A stretch of DNA of 64,000 nt, taken from Deltaproteobacteria bacterium (lineage in GTDB: Bacteria > Myxococcota_A > Polyangia > Polyangiales > Houyiibacteriaceae). The notes under the pieces were generated by a model, which was not told the DNA's origin, ran no database searches, and saw nothing but the letters and a program-made list of their open reading frames with translations. Within the stretch, counting starts at the first letter, position 1, and each line of letters starts with the position of its first letter. A program made the translations under genes and the position numbers. The stretch lies in assembly GCA_034670305.1 (NCBI GenBank), contig JAXMNT010000018.1, positions 1 through 64,000 of the forward strand. Direction: 5' to 3'. Shown here one piece after another: positions 49,069 to 58,545 of the stretch.

Positions 49069-50478
49069 TCAGCCGACCTCGGCGGGCCGCGCTTCCACGC
49101 GTTCGGCGTCCGCCAGCACGTCCGCATCCGGTGCGTCCGCCAGCACGTCCACCAGTGCGTCCGGCAGTGGCTCGACGACCGGCTCGCGCTGGAAGAGTCG
49201 ACCCCGCTCGGTGACCAGCACCACCAACGTACCGAGGACCCCGAGCGCGACGAACCCCCGCAGGAGCGGCACGGTGCTTCCGTCGAACGAGCGACCGATG
49301 AGGCCGCCCACCACGCCGGAGAAGGTCGTCGTCACGAACCCGTAGGCGGCCGACGCGGTGCCTGCGATGTGACCCAGCGGTTCCATCGCGAGCGAGTTGA
49401 AGTTCGCGCCGATCATCCCGAAGAACATGAACGAGAGTGAGAAGAGCGGGAAGAAGAGCCAGAGGTGTTCGCCGACCGTCTCCGTCAACACCAGCAGCAG
49501 CGTGCCGACCACCGTGAAGGCGAGGAGCGCGAAGTGCCCCATGCGGCGCATGCCAATGCGCTCGACGAGCCGGCTGTTGAGAAAGCTCGCGATCGACAAC
49601 GTGAACGCGATGCCGGCGAAGTAGAGCGCGAACGCGTCCCCCGTGTGAAACACCTCGCGAAAGATCTGCTCGGACGAAGAGATGAACGCGAAGAGGGAGC
49701 CGAACGCGAGCCCGCTTGCGAGCGTGTAGCCGCGGGAGGTCGGGTGCTGCCAGACGGCGAGGTACGAGCGCAGCGTGCCGCGCAGGGTCAGGCGGGCAGG
49801 CCGCGACGATGGGACGCCGGTCTCTCCATCCGCGGAAGCCTCTGCGACGCCCACGGAAAGCACTGGTTGTCGCTCGAGGGTCTCGCCGAGCCGGAAGAAG
49901 GTCCAGCCGAACACCGCGACGCCGGCGAACGCAAGCACCGCGAAACACCATTGCCAAGGCGCGATGAACAGGATGGCCTGGCCGAGCGAGGGCGCGACGA
50001 TCGGCACCACCATGAACACGGTGAGGACGAGCGACATGATGCGCGCCATGCCGACGCCCCGATACACATCGCGCACGATCGCGATCGCCACCACCCGGCA
50101 GCCCGCGGCGAACATGCCTTGCAAGAAGCGGAACGCGAGCAACGTCTCGAACTGATCCACGAAGGCGCACGCTGCGCCCGCGAGCGTGTAGCCCGCGAGC
50201 GCCGTGAAGATGACCGGACGGCGGCCATAACGATCCGAGATCGGGCCGAAGACGAGCTGCGGCGCGCCGAACCCCAAGATGTACGCGATCACGATCAGCT
50301 GGCGGTCGTTCGCGTTCGCGACGCCGAGGTCGCCTGCGATGGTGCCGAGCGCTGGCAACATGATGTCGATGGCCAGCGCATTGAGCGCCATCAACGACGC
50401 GACCACGAACACCAGCTCCATGGAGCCGACGCCTGCACGCTCGCGGGCGAGGTCTGCAGCTGCGGGTCGGACGTCCAC
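49069..50478 (-). CDS. Bcr/CflA-family MFS efflux transporter
   Basis: ALAIDIMLPAL, GPISDRYGRRPV, RFLQG, PIVAPSLG, AGTASA; start uncertain (50478 or 50421). Confidence 0.93.
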   Translation of the reverse strand: MDVRPAAADLARERAGVGSMELVFVVASLMALNALAIDIMLPALGTIAGDLGVANANDRQLIVIAYILGFGAPQLVFGPISDRYGRRPVIFTALAGYTLAGAACAFVDQFETLLAFRFLQGMFAAGCRVVAIAIVRDVYRGVGMARIMSLVLTVFMVVPIVAPSLGQAILFIAPWQWCFAVLAFAGVAVFGWTFFRLGETLERQPVLSVGVAEASADGETGVPSSRPARLTLRGTLRSYLAVWQHPTSRGYTLASGLAFGSLFAFISSSEQIFREVFHTGDAFALYFAGIAFTLSIASFLNSRLVERIGMRRMGHFALLAFTVVGTLLLVLTETVGEHLWLFFPLFSLSFMFFGMIGANFNSLAMEPLGHIAGTASAAYGFVTTTFSGVVGGLIGRSFDGSTVPLLRGFVALGVLGTLVVLVTERGRLFQREPVVEPLPDALVDVLADAPDADVLADAERVEARPAEVG

Positions 50479-50548
50479 GGAACGAACACATGTGGTCGAA
50501 CCGGCCCGCGCGCCACCCCACAGGCCCTCTCGGGGTAGAATCCCGGTC

Positions 50549-51619
50549 ATGAAGTCGTTTGACTCCGAGATCCCCACCTTCCCGGCCAAAGACGTGGCGG
50601 CCCTTCGGGTTCGAGACGAAGCCGCGTTGCGTGCGGCTCTGGCCGAGGTCGCGCCTCCGTTGAGCGACGCGATGCAGGCGGAGTTGATCGCGCTGGGTTT
50701 CGTCCACAAGGACGCCAAGGTCCGGAAGAAGGCCATGGCGCTCGTGAAGAAGCACGTGCCCGACCACGCCGACTTCAAGACCCACTACAAATCGATGGCG
50801 GGCCGGTACCAACACGTGGTGGCCGAGCGGGTCCGCGCGTTTCCCCACCGACTGCAAGTGTCGATCTCTCGCGCGATCTTCTTTCACCGCCGGATGGCCG
50901 GTTCGCTGGCCTTCGAGCACGACGCCAAGTTTCGCCAAGCGGTGCTCGCCGAGATGGTCGCCAAAGCCAAACGCGAGAAGGAGTCCTGCATCGAGCTCGG
51001 GCAGGTCTACTGGTACTGGAAGCAGCAGCATGGTTGGTCCACGAACTTCGACCACCACGCGCTCTCGCCGAAGCTCTTCGCGGAGCTCGCCAAGTTGCGC
51101 AAGGTCCACCCCTTCGACGGGATCAGCGTGCATGGCGGCTCGCTCAAGGATCTACCGAAGGAGCTGAAGAAAACCAAAGCCTGGCTCGAAGAACTGGACC
51201 TCACCTACAACCCCTTCGAGAGCGTGCCGAGCGTCGTGTTCGAACTCTCGAACCTCAAACGGCTCTCCCTGTGCGGGACCGACCTGACCGACATCTCCGA
51301 CGACATCTCCAAGCTGAAGAAGCTCCGGTCGCTCGACATCGGCAATGGCCGCAAGATGAAGGCGATCCCGGACTCCGTGTGTGCCCTCGACAAGCTCGAG
51401 CACCTCCGCATCGGCAACGGATCCATCCGGAAGATCCCGGAAGCCATCCGCGGCATGAAGTCCCTCCAGGTGTTCGAGATGTCGAGCACCAACATCCAAA
51501 AGGTCCCGGCGGGTCTGGGCGAGCTGCCGAAGCTGAAGAAGGTCGTGATGCACTTCTGCCGGCTCGACACCGCGGCGGTGAAGGCGGTCGTCGGCGGCAA
51601 GGTGCAGGTGGTCGGGTAG
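50549..51619 (+). CDS. Leucine-rich repeat protein with helical N-terminal domain
   Basis: LEELDLTYN, LSNLKRLSL, LKKLRSLDI, LDKLEHLRI. Confidence 0.85.
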   Translation: MKSFDSEIPTFPAKDVAALRVRDEAALRAALAEVAPPLSDAMQAELIALGFVHKDAKVRKKAMALVKKHVPDHADFKTHYKSMAGRYQHVVAERVRAFPHRLQVSISRAIFFHRRMAGSLAFEHDAKFRQAVLAEMVAKAKREKESCIELGQVYWYWKQQHGWSTNFDHHALSPKLFAELAKLRKVHPFDGISVHGGSLKDLPKELKKTKAWLEELDLTYNPFESVPSVVFELSNLKRLSLCGTDLTDISDDISKLKKLRSLDIGNGRKMKAIPDSVCALDKLEHLRIGNGSIRKIPEAIRGMKSLQVFEMSSTNIQKVPAGLGELPKLKKVVMHFCRLDTAAVKAVVGGKVQVVG

Positions 51620-51701
51620 CCGAACAACGGTGCCGACCGTCGCGGTCAATCCACGGGTCCGCCGTGGTTCGGCCCGGTCCCGGAACTGCTACGATGGCGC
51701 C

Positions 51702-52445
51702 GTGCGTGGTTCGATCATCGCCCTGCTTCTCGGAGCCGCAGCAGCTGGCTGCGCACCAGCGGACGACTCGGCCGGGCCATCGGGTGAACGGGTGGCCGGG
51801 CTCGCGATGGAGCGCACGCTCGTGTTCTCGAGCCGGGTGTGGACTGCGCCCGTTGGTGGCGACGCGCCGGCCCGCTACGCGGTGCAATGGCGGTACGCGG
51901 ACGGCCGGCTCGAGGACGTCGGCATCGGTCGACCCGTGGTCGCTGCGGTCGAGTTCGACGGCTCGGTGTACTTCGTCGACGGCTCGGAGACCCTCTTCCG
52001 GTTTTCCGAAGGCGAAACACTCGTGCACCGCGACGTGCTCGAAGCGCCCGCCCTCTCCGAGCAAGGCGACCGCCTCGCGTACGTCGTCCGGGACGAGACC
52101 GGACCGGAGAGCGTGCGCGCCGAAGTGCACCTGGTCCTCGATGGCCGCGACGTCGTCGTCGACCGCAGCTTGCAGAGCTTCGGCGCCGCGCGCTTCACCC
52201 CGGACGGCGCGGCGCTCCTCGGCGTCGGTGCCGGCGAGGGCGGCGTCGCAGGCGTGCACCGCATCGCGCTGGCCGTGGACGGCGACGCCGTTGGCGCGCG
52301 CTGCCTGAGCAATTGTGAGCTGCGGGTCGGCCGGCCGTGGACGAACTTCGTCGCCAACCCAGGCAGCGCCCAGGCGCTCCAGTTCGACGGAGACCAGGTC
52401 TCCTGGGACGCGCACGGCGAGCGCGCAGTGCGGAGCTGGCGATGA
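51702..52445 (+). CDS. Hypothetical lipoprotein (partial propeller-like)
   Basis: LLLGAAAAGC lipobox; PALSEQGDRLAY and FTPDG. Confidence 0.7.
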   Translation: MRGSIIALLLGAAAAGCAPADDSAGPSGERVAGLAMERTLVFSSRVWTAPVGGDAPARYAVQWRYADGRLEDVGIGRPVVAAVEFDGSVYFVDGSETLFRFSEGETLVHRDVLEAPALSEQGDRLAYVVRDETGPESVRAEVHLVLDGRDVVVDRSLQSFGAARFTPDGAALLGVGAGEGGVAGVHRIALAVDGDAVGARCLSNCELRVGRPWTNFVANPGSAQALQFDGDQVSWDAHGERAVRSWR

Positions 52446-53722
52446 AGCTGCGTGCGCTTCTCGTCGTCGCCTCGGCGCTGTTCTCGGTGCAGCCCGCCAC
52501 GGCGCAACTGAGCCGCCCCACCGCCTGCAGCGACTGCATCGCGGGCTGGTTCTACTTCGACAACAACGGCACGGCTGCCGGTGACGTCGACTACACCTGC
52601 GCATCGAGCAGCTACGACACCCACCGCGGCACCGACTTCAGCCTCTCGGGTGGCAACGGCGCGATCGCCGCCGGACACGATGTGCTGGCCGCGGCAGACG
52701 GAGTGGTGGAGCGGGTCGAGGACGGACACGCCGACCGCTGCACCGCGTGCGGCGGCACCGGCTGCGGCACCGCGTTCGGGTTCGGCTACGGCAACCACGT
52801 CGTCATCAACCACGGGTCCATCAAGACGACCTACGCCCACATGCGCACCGGAAGTGTGTCGGTGTCCACCGGCGACACCGTGACCTGCGGCCAGCGCGTC
52901 GGTCAGATCGCCAGCAGCGGTTGCAGCACCGGGGCCCACCTGCACTTCGAGACCCGCACCCTCGGTGGCGCGAGCAACACCGCCTACGATCCGTTCCAGG
53001 GGAGCTGCGGTGGCGCGTCGAGCCGCTGGAGCGAACAGGGCCCTTACCGCGGCCTGCCTGGTGCCACCTGCGGCCCGCCTCCGCCGACGTGTCCGGACGG
53101 AACGTTCCCGCTCTGGACCTGCGACGCTGGCGCAACCGCCCGGACCCGCTGCATCGACGGCGAGGTGATGACCGAGTCGTGCGAGTTCGGGTGCGTGGGC
53201 ATGCCAGTCGGTTCCGACGACGTGTGCGGCGCCGCCCCCATGTGTCCCGCGGGCGTGGGCGCGACGTGGCAATGCGACGGCGGCGACCGCGTCCGCTGTG
53301 TCGACGGCGAGGTCATGCGCCAGACCTGTCCATTCGGCTGCGACGGGAGCGCGGCGGAAGCCACCTGCATGAGCGGTCCAGACGACGCCGACGGCGACGG
53401 ACACAACACCAGCGTCGACTGCGACGACGCGGACGCGAGCCGCTACCCAGGCGCCCCCGAGACCTGCGGCGACGGCATCGATTCGAACTGCGACGGCATG
53501 GATCCCGCGTGCCCCGGCACCGACGGAGGTCCGGGTCTCGATGCGGGGCCGCGCAGTGACGGCGGTGCCTCCGAAGACGCCGGCGCAGACATCGACGCAC
53601 CGGCCGCGGACTTCCGAAGGGTGACCGGCGGCTGCGCCTGCCGCAGCTCGGGACCCGCGCCCCACGCTGCCTGGTTCCTCGCCCTCGCCGGCTGGGCCTT
53701 CCTCCGCCGCCGCCCGCGTTGA
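52442..53722 (+). CDS. M23 metallopeptidase with Cys-rich stalk, MopE-like motif and MYXO-CTERM-type tail
   Basis: HRGTD, YGNHV, YAHM, GAHLHFE; GGCAC, hydrophobic helix, RRRPR. Confidence 0.9.
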   Translation: MKLRALLVVASALFSVQPATAQLSRPTACSDCIAGWFYFDNNGTAAGDVDYTCASSSYDTHRGTDFSLSGGNGAIAAGHDVLAAADGVVERVEDGHADRCTACGGTGCGTAFGFGYGNHVVINHGSIKTTYAHMRTGSVSVSTGDTVTCGQRVGQIASSGCSTGAHLHFETRTLGGASNTAYDPFQGSCGGASSRWSEQGPYRGLPGATCGPPPPTCPDGTFPLWTCDAGATARTRCIDGEVMTESCEFGCVGMPVGSDDVCGAAPMCPAGVGATWQCDGGDRVRCVDGEVMRQTCPFGCDGSAAEATCMSGPDDADGDGHNTSVDCDDADASRYPGAPETCGDGIDSNCDGMDPACPGTDGGPGLDAGPRSDGGASEDAGADIDAPAADFRRVTGGCACRSSGPAPHAAWFLALAGWAFLRRRPR

Positions 53723-53779
53723 GTCTGTCGCTGTCGCGGCAGAACCTGCGCGGCTACTGCCGCCACAACGGAGCGAGCG

Positions 53780-54229
53780 CTACTTGTCCCAGCTGCCGGT
53801 CAGGTCGTCCCAGGTGTTGCCAGCCTTCTTGCTGGACACCGTCAGCACCCGGAGCCGAAGCACCACCCGCGTCACGGTCGAGGTGTTCACGTAGCCCTTG
53901 CGGTCCTTCACCTCGAACACCGCCTCGCATCCCGGCCGAGGGCACGGGAAGGTGACCTCGATCGAGTCTTCGTGCTGCACCTGGCCGCCGGCCAGTTTGG
54001 CCCCGAGCAACGAGTGCGTCGGGTCCGGGCTGTTGGTCTTCAGGTCGAGCACCTCGATGCAGCGCATCGTCCAGTCGACCGAGTAGATCCGGTTGCGGGT
54101 CCAGATCTCGAGTGCCCGCCACGGGGACGGCTTCATGCCCGCGTGGCCGGTCTCGTAGACCAGCTCCACTTCGACGAAGGGGGGCAACGTGGCCTGGGTG
54201 TGTTCGTCGTCGCCGGGAAAGTCGACCAT
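53780..54229 (-). CDS. Hypothetical protein
   Basis: Normal coding composition; TATAGT 7 nt upstream of ATG. Confidence 0.7.
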   Translation of the reverse strand: MVDFPGDDEHTQATLPPFVEVELVYETGHAGMKPSPWRALEIWTRNRIYSVDWTMRCIEVLDLKTNSPDPTHSLLGAKLAGGQVQHEDSIEVTFPCPRPGCEAVFEVKDRKGYVNTSTVTRVVLRLRVLTVSSKKAGNTWDDLTGSWDK

Positions 54230-54300
54230 CGACGGGACTATACGCGAACTTCAACCGCCGCGGGTCGGCTCACTCCTGGAGTGTCTGTCGCTGGGGTGTC

Positions 54301-54711
54301 CGCCTCTGCCTCCGCTTCCGCTACCGCTTCCGCTTCCGCTTCCGCTTCCGCTTCCGCTTCCGCTTCCGCTCCCGCTTCCGCTTCCGCTTCCGCTCCCGCT
54401 TCCGCTTCCGCTCCCGCTTCCGCCTGTCCTCTCCTTCGGATTCGGATTCGAAGGGGGGTGGGGTGGTGCCCGGCGGGTGATCAAGCGTGTCGTCTGGCGT
54501 GCCAGGCCTCAAGGGTGCCTTCGGCCCGGCGCCTGCGCGCCGCTTCGCCCTTGACCCCTGACCCGCCAGACGGGCCGGCGTCCCCTGGGCGCCGGCTGCT
54601 TCTGCTTCTGCTTCTGCTTCTGCTTCTGCTTCTGCTTCTGCTTCTACAGGCTCAGTCGCTGACCGAGGGCGTCCTCTGGGCGCCGGCTGCTTCTGCTTCT
54701 GCTTCTGCTTC
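54301..54711. repeat. Composite repeat region: (GCTTCC)n, nested hairpin, (GCTTCT)n twice
   Basis: Read directly from the sequence. Confidence 0.85.
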
Positions 54712-55860
54712 GCTGTTCGGCTGAGCCGCTGGGGGTGGGGTTGGGGGTGGGGCTGGGTCGGGGAGTGCGCCCTGGGGCTCCAGCACGTACATGCGTGCGT
54801 TGTTCCAGCTGGTCGCGAAGACGCGCAGACGGGCGGCGCCGTTCGGCCCGTCGCTGGTGAGCCGGATCGCCAGCCCGACGAGCTGGTCCGCGCCGGGCAC
54901 CTCGCTCGTGCGGTGGGTCATGAGCGACGCGTCCATCAGCGAGATGTCGCTGCTGTGGAAGTTCGCGGTCGCCGCCCAACGCCCATCGGAACTGAGCCCG
55001 AGCGACCTGGGGTTGCGCCCCGTGCGCGAGAGCGCGACCCGCCGCCCAAGCGCGACGTCGTACACCCCGATCGTGTTGAGCGTGCAGGTGACGAAGACGC
55101 GGTTCGGGTCCACGTCGAGCTGCAGATGCCGCGGGTAACGACAGGTCGAGAAGCGCGCGGTCTCGTCCCCATCGGCCGTGAGCACTTGCACGATGTCGCC
55201 CCGGAACGAGGCGACGAGCAGCGTGCCATCCGGCCGCATCGCCATGCCGCGCGGTTGCCGCTCGGTGCGCACGAGGCGCCGCACCTCTCGGCTTGCGAGA
55301 TCGACGATCGCGACGCGCTGCTGCGAGTAGAGCGCCACGTAGAGGCGCGTGCCGTCCGGCGAGACCACCATGAACTTCGGGTTCGCGCCGACTTCGATCT
55401 CGTGCCTCACCTGGAAGGTGGTCGTGTCCACGACCTCGATCACCCCGCGGCGGAAGTTCGAGATGTAGGCCGTCGCACCGTCCGGAGAGAAGGTCGTCTC
55501 GACCGCGTTGCCTTCGAACTCGACCGTGCCGATGTGATCGAGTGTCTCCGAGTCGTAGACGAAGACGTTGTCCTCGCCCGCGCGCCCGAAGTTGCACACC
55601 CAGACCCGCCGGCCGTCGGGGCTCACCTCGACGCTCTTCGGTTGCACGCTCGTCTGCACGGTCGCCACCACATGGAGCTCCGGTGCGCCGCGCGATGTGC
55701 GCACCACCCGTGGCCGCCGCGTCCGTCGCCGCTGCGCTTCGGCCCTCGGTGCGAAGACCGTGACCGAGAGCGCTCCGATCGCCAAGGTGGTCGCCGCGCC
55801 CGCGCCCATGGGTGTGCCAAAAGACAACACCGCGCAGACGAACCAGACCGCTGGCTTCAC
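54652..55860 (-). CDS. YncE/YVTN-type beta-propeller exported protein
   Basis: PKSVEVSPDGRRVWV and PKFMVVSPDGTRLYV blades; GTGA overlap with the upstream stop. Confidence 0.85.
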   Translation of the reverse strand: MKPAVWFVCAVLSFGTPMGAGAATTLAIGALSVTVFAPRAEAQRRRTRRPRVVRTSRGAPELHVVATVQTSVQPKSVEVSPDGRRVWVCNFGRAGEDNVFVYDSETLDHIGTVEFEGNAVETTFSPDGATAYISNFRRGVIEVVDTTTFQVRHEIEVGANPKFMVVSPDGTRLYVALYSQQRVAIVDLASREVRRLVRTERQPRGMAMRPDGTLLVASFRGDIVQVLTADGDETARFSTCRYPRHLQLDVDPNRVFVTCTLNTIGVYDVALGRRVALSRTGRNPRSLGLSSDGRWAATANFHSSDISLMDASLMTHRTSEVPGADQLVGLAIRLTSDGPNGAARLRVFATSWNNARMYVLEPQGALPDPAPPPTPPPAAQPNSEAEAEAEAAGAQRTPSVSD

Positions 55861-57050
55861 GGCTCGACGCTCACGTGTTCCCCCAGCGTCTCTCGGATCG
55901 CGGCGAGCCGTTCGGTGCGCACCTCTTCGGGCGACTCGGCGAGCCGCTGGATGTGGATGTCGTAGTCGCTCGCGCGCCGCCACACCCGATCCCAGAAGTT
56001 GTTGTGCACCCAGAAGGGCACCCCGCGCAGGTGAGGGAACCGGATGCGGCCCGCTTCCACCACGACTTCGGAGCGGAGCAGGATGGCGTCGCGGGTGCCC
56101 GGAATGCGCAGCGCCGGATGGATGGCTTCGTTCACCCGACGTCCGACGCGGTAGCGCATCCCTTGATTCGAAACGAGGTTGCCGAGCGAGTACGCCACCA
56201 CCGCTTCGCCCCGCTCGGACTCGAACCGCTCGACTTCCTGCAGCACATGCGCGCCCGTCCCGAGGATGAGATCGACCCCCGCGTCGATCCACGTCCGAGC
56301 CAGCCGCCGCTGGGCGATGCGCGGCGTCGCCACGAAATCGTGGCTCCAGTGGATCCCGAGCACCACCACATCCGCGTCCGCCCGCGCCGTGGCGATCGCT
56401 TCGAGCAGTTTGTCGTCGCCGCGGTGTCGCGTGTTCGCGACGTAGGTCATCGGCCGCCGCGCGCCGGGCCCGCGGTTGATGCGCTCCGAGTACGCCAGAA
56501 ACGCGATGCGCAGCCCGCCGCGCTCCACGATCTGATGCCGGTACGCTGCGGCTTCCTCTTCGTCCGCGCCGACCGCGAGCATGCCCGCCGCCCGCACCGA
56601 GGTGACCGTGCGCGAGAGTCCCACCGCGCCCTGATCGTACGCGTGGTTGTTCGCGCACTGCAGTACGTCGACGCCCGCGCGTGCGAGCGCCGGCGCCACC
56701 TCCGGCGGCGCGCCGAGGATCGGCGGCGAGCCGGTCCGCACCTCGATCACATCGGTCACAAGCGGCGTCTCGAGGTTGGCGAACGTCACGTCGCCGTCCT
56801 GCACACTCTCCCGCAGCCCGCGGAACACATGGTCCCAGTCGTGGTCGTTCGCGGCCTTGCCGACCTTGATGTGCAGCAGCAGGTCGCCGGTTCCGGCGAT
56901 CGTCGCCGTGCCGTTCGCCCGCCTCGCCGCGGGCACGGTCTCGACCGGCTCGGCCGGTTCCGTCGGCGCCCGCTGCGCAGACGTCCGAGCCGCGATCCAG
57001 AGGCCGCAAAGAAGCGACGAACCCACCACAAAAACAAGTACCCGCCGCAC
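55857..57050 (-). CDS. CapA/PgsA-family metallophosphoesterase-like protein
   Basis: GDLLLH, NLETP, ANNHAYD, IHW, GTGAHVLQ, YSLGN; start 57050 (GTG) or 57062. Confidence 0.9.
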   Translation of the reverse strand: MRRVLVFVVGSSLLCGLWIAARTSAQRAPTEPAEPVETVPAARRANGTATIAGTGDLLLHIKVGKAANDHDWDHVFRGLRESVQDGDVTFANLETPLVTDVIEVRTGSPPILGAPPEVAPALARAGVDVLQCANNHAYDQGAVGLSRTVTSVRAAGMLAVGADEEEAAAYRHQIVERGGLRIAFLAYSERINRGPGARRPMTYVANTRHRGDDKLLEAIATARADADVVVLGIHWSHDFVATPRIAQRRLARTWIDAGVDLILGTGAHVLQEVERFESERGEAVVAYSLGNLVSNQGMRYRVGRRVNEAIHPALRIPGTRDAILLRSEVVVEAGRIRFPHLRGVPFWVHNNFWDRVWRRASDYDIHIQRLAESPEEVRTERLAAIRETLGEHVSVEP

Positions 57051-57173
57051 GGCCGCCAGCATACCCGCGCCGAGCCCCCTGTCGAAGAGACTGGGATCGA
57101 GGTCGCGCGGCCGAGCCAACGCAAACAAAGATCCCTTGCCCGTGCCCTTGCCCGTGCCCTTGCCCTTGCGGTC

Positions 57174-57285
57174 CGAAGCCGAAGCCGACGCCGAAGCCGA
57201 AGCCGACGCCGACGCCGAAGCCGACGCCGACGCCGAAGCCGAAGCCGACGCCGACGCCGACGCCGAAGCCGACGCCGACGCCGAC
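57174..57285 (-). repeat. (TTCGGC/GTCGGC)n hexamer array
   Basis: gccgaa/gccgac tandem units directly after the 57290 stop. Confidence 0.9.
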
Positions 57286-57289
57286 CCCG

Positions 57290-57925
57290 TCAGAACGTGC
57301 CGCGGACCTCGAGGCTGCCGACGCCCGGGCCTACGCCCGGCAGCACCGCGAAGGTCGGGCCGGTGGTGCTGGCGCGGCCGGAGTTTCGGCCGCCGCCGAG
57401 CGCACCGATGATCAGGCCGCCGAGGCCGACGATCTGGAGGATGCCGTTCCAGACGAGGCCCGTGACGGCCGACGTCGGATCTGCGTAGACGAGGTCCACG
57501 TCGGGGATGGCGAGGAAGGGGCCGATCAGGGGGACGAACAGGATGTTCTGGGGATCGGGCCGCCCTTCGCGATCGCGCAGAATGGACCAGGCGCTGACCG
57601 TGGCCAGGTACATGCCACCAAAGAGCACGACCCCGCCCACGACGGTCTTGATGTTGGCGCGCCCACCACGGCGGCTGTTCGGCGGCGCGGCGTAGACCGG
57701 TCGCCGGTACACCGGTTGCGGTTGCGCGTACTGAGGCTGCGCGTACTGGGGTTGCGCTTGCCCGTAGCCCGGTTGGCCATACCCGGGCGGCGGTGGTTGT
57801 TGGGGCGCGTACCCGGGCGGGACCGGTTGTTGCGCCTCGCCCGGCGGTGGCTGTGCGGCCGCCACCGACACACCGCATCCGAAGACCAACACGAAAACAC
57901 TCAGTCGCCCCGTCGTTCTCCCCAT
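57290..57925 (-). CDS. Hypothetical exported/membrane protein with Pro/Gln/Tyr-rich N-terminus
   Basis: Signal-like start, PPPGYGQP repeats, LFVPLIGPF, terminal RGTF. Confidence 0.7.
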   Translation of the reverse strand: MGRTTGRLSVFVLVFGCGVSVAAAQPPPGEAQQPVPPGYAPQQPPPPGYGQPGYGQAQPQYAQPQYAQPQPVYRRPVYAAPPNSRRGGRANIKTVVGGVVLFGGMYLATVSAWSILRDREGRPDPQNILFVPLIGPFLAIPDVDLVYADPTSAVTGLVWNGILQIVGLGGLIIGALGGGRNSGRASTTGPTFAVLPGVGPGVGSLEVRGTF

Positions 57926-58069
57926 CCAGGCTCCCCTCCATCCCATACTCGCCCGGATCCCGGGACCTGTCGATTGAGACGCACCGCTCCGCCGTTGCTT
58001 CATCCGACGTTCGGAGTCGCTGCGTCCATGAACGAGGACCGTCGCAACGCGTTCAATCAGCGACGCCGG

Positions 58070-58414
58070 TCAGCGTTGCCAGAGCCCGTGTTGTACGTCG
58101 CCGTGGATGACGATGGCGAAGGTGCCGTGGGTGCCGAGTGGGGTGGCCGGTAGGGCGATCGTGGCGCCGGCGCGTTCGGCCGCGGCCAGGGACTGTGCGA
58201 GGTCGTCGACCGCGACGTAGGTCCGCACGATCGGTTCTTCGTGATCGGCGAGTGGTTTGCGGATCCCCACGAACGTTCCGTTGTTGCGCGCCGCGACCCG
58301 CGCTTGGCCGAGGTCGGCGTCGGGCGCACCGAACGAGAGGCCACACATGGTTTCGTAAAGCGCTGCGACGCCGTCGACGTCGTGGGTGACGATCTCCAAG
58401 TAGTGAACGGTCAT
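58070..58414 (-). CDS. VOC/glyoxalase-family protein
   Basis: VHYLEIVT, YVAVDDL, GATI, GTFAI, GLWQ. Confidence 0.85.
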   Translation of the reverse strand: MTVHYLEIVTHDVDGVAALYETMCGLSFGAPDADLGQARVAARNNGTFVGIRKPLADHEEPIVRTYVAVDDLAQSLAAAERAGATIALPATPLGTHGTFAIVIHGDVQHGLWQR

Positions 58415-58545
58415 GGGACTCTCTTTCTGGGTTGGGACGGTGAGCGAAGGGAACCTGCGGCGCCCGTCGAACGCCCAAGGTCGTCATCGATGACGACCTC
58501 GCCGAATCGCGGCACGGTGCATTCAAACAGAAGGCCGCGGCCAGG

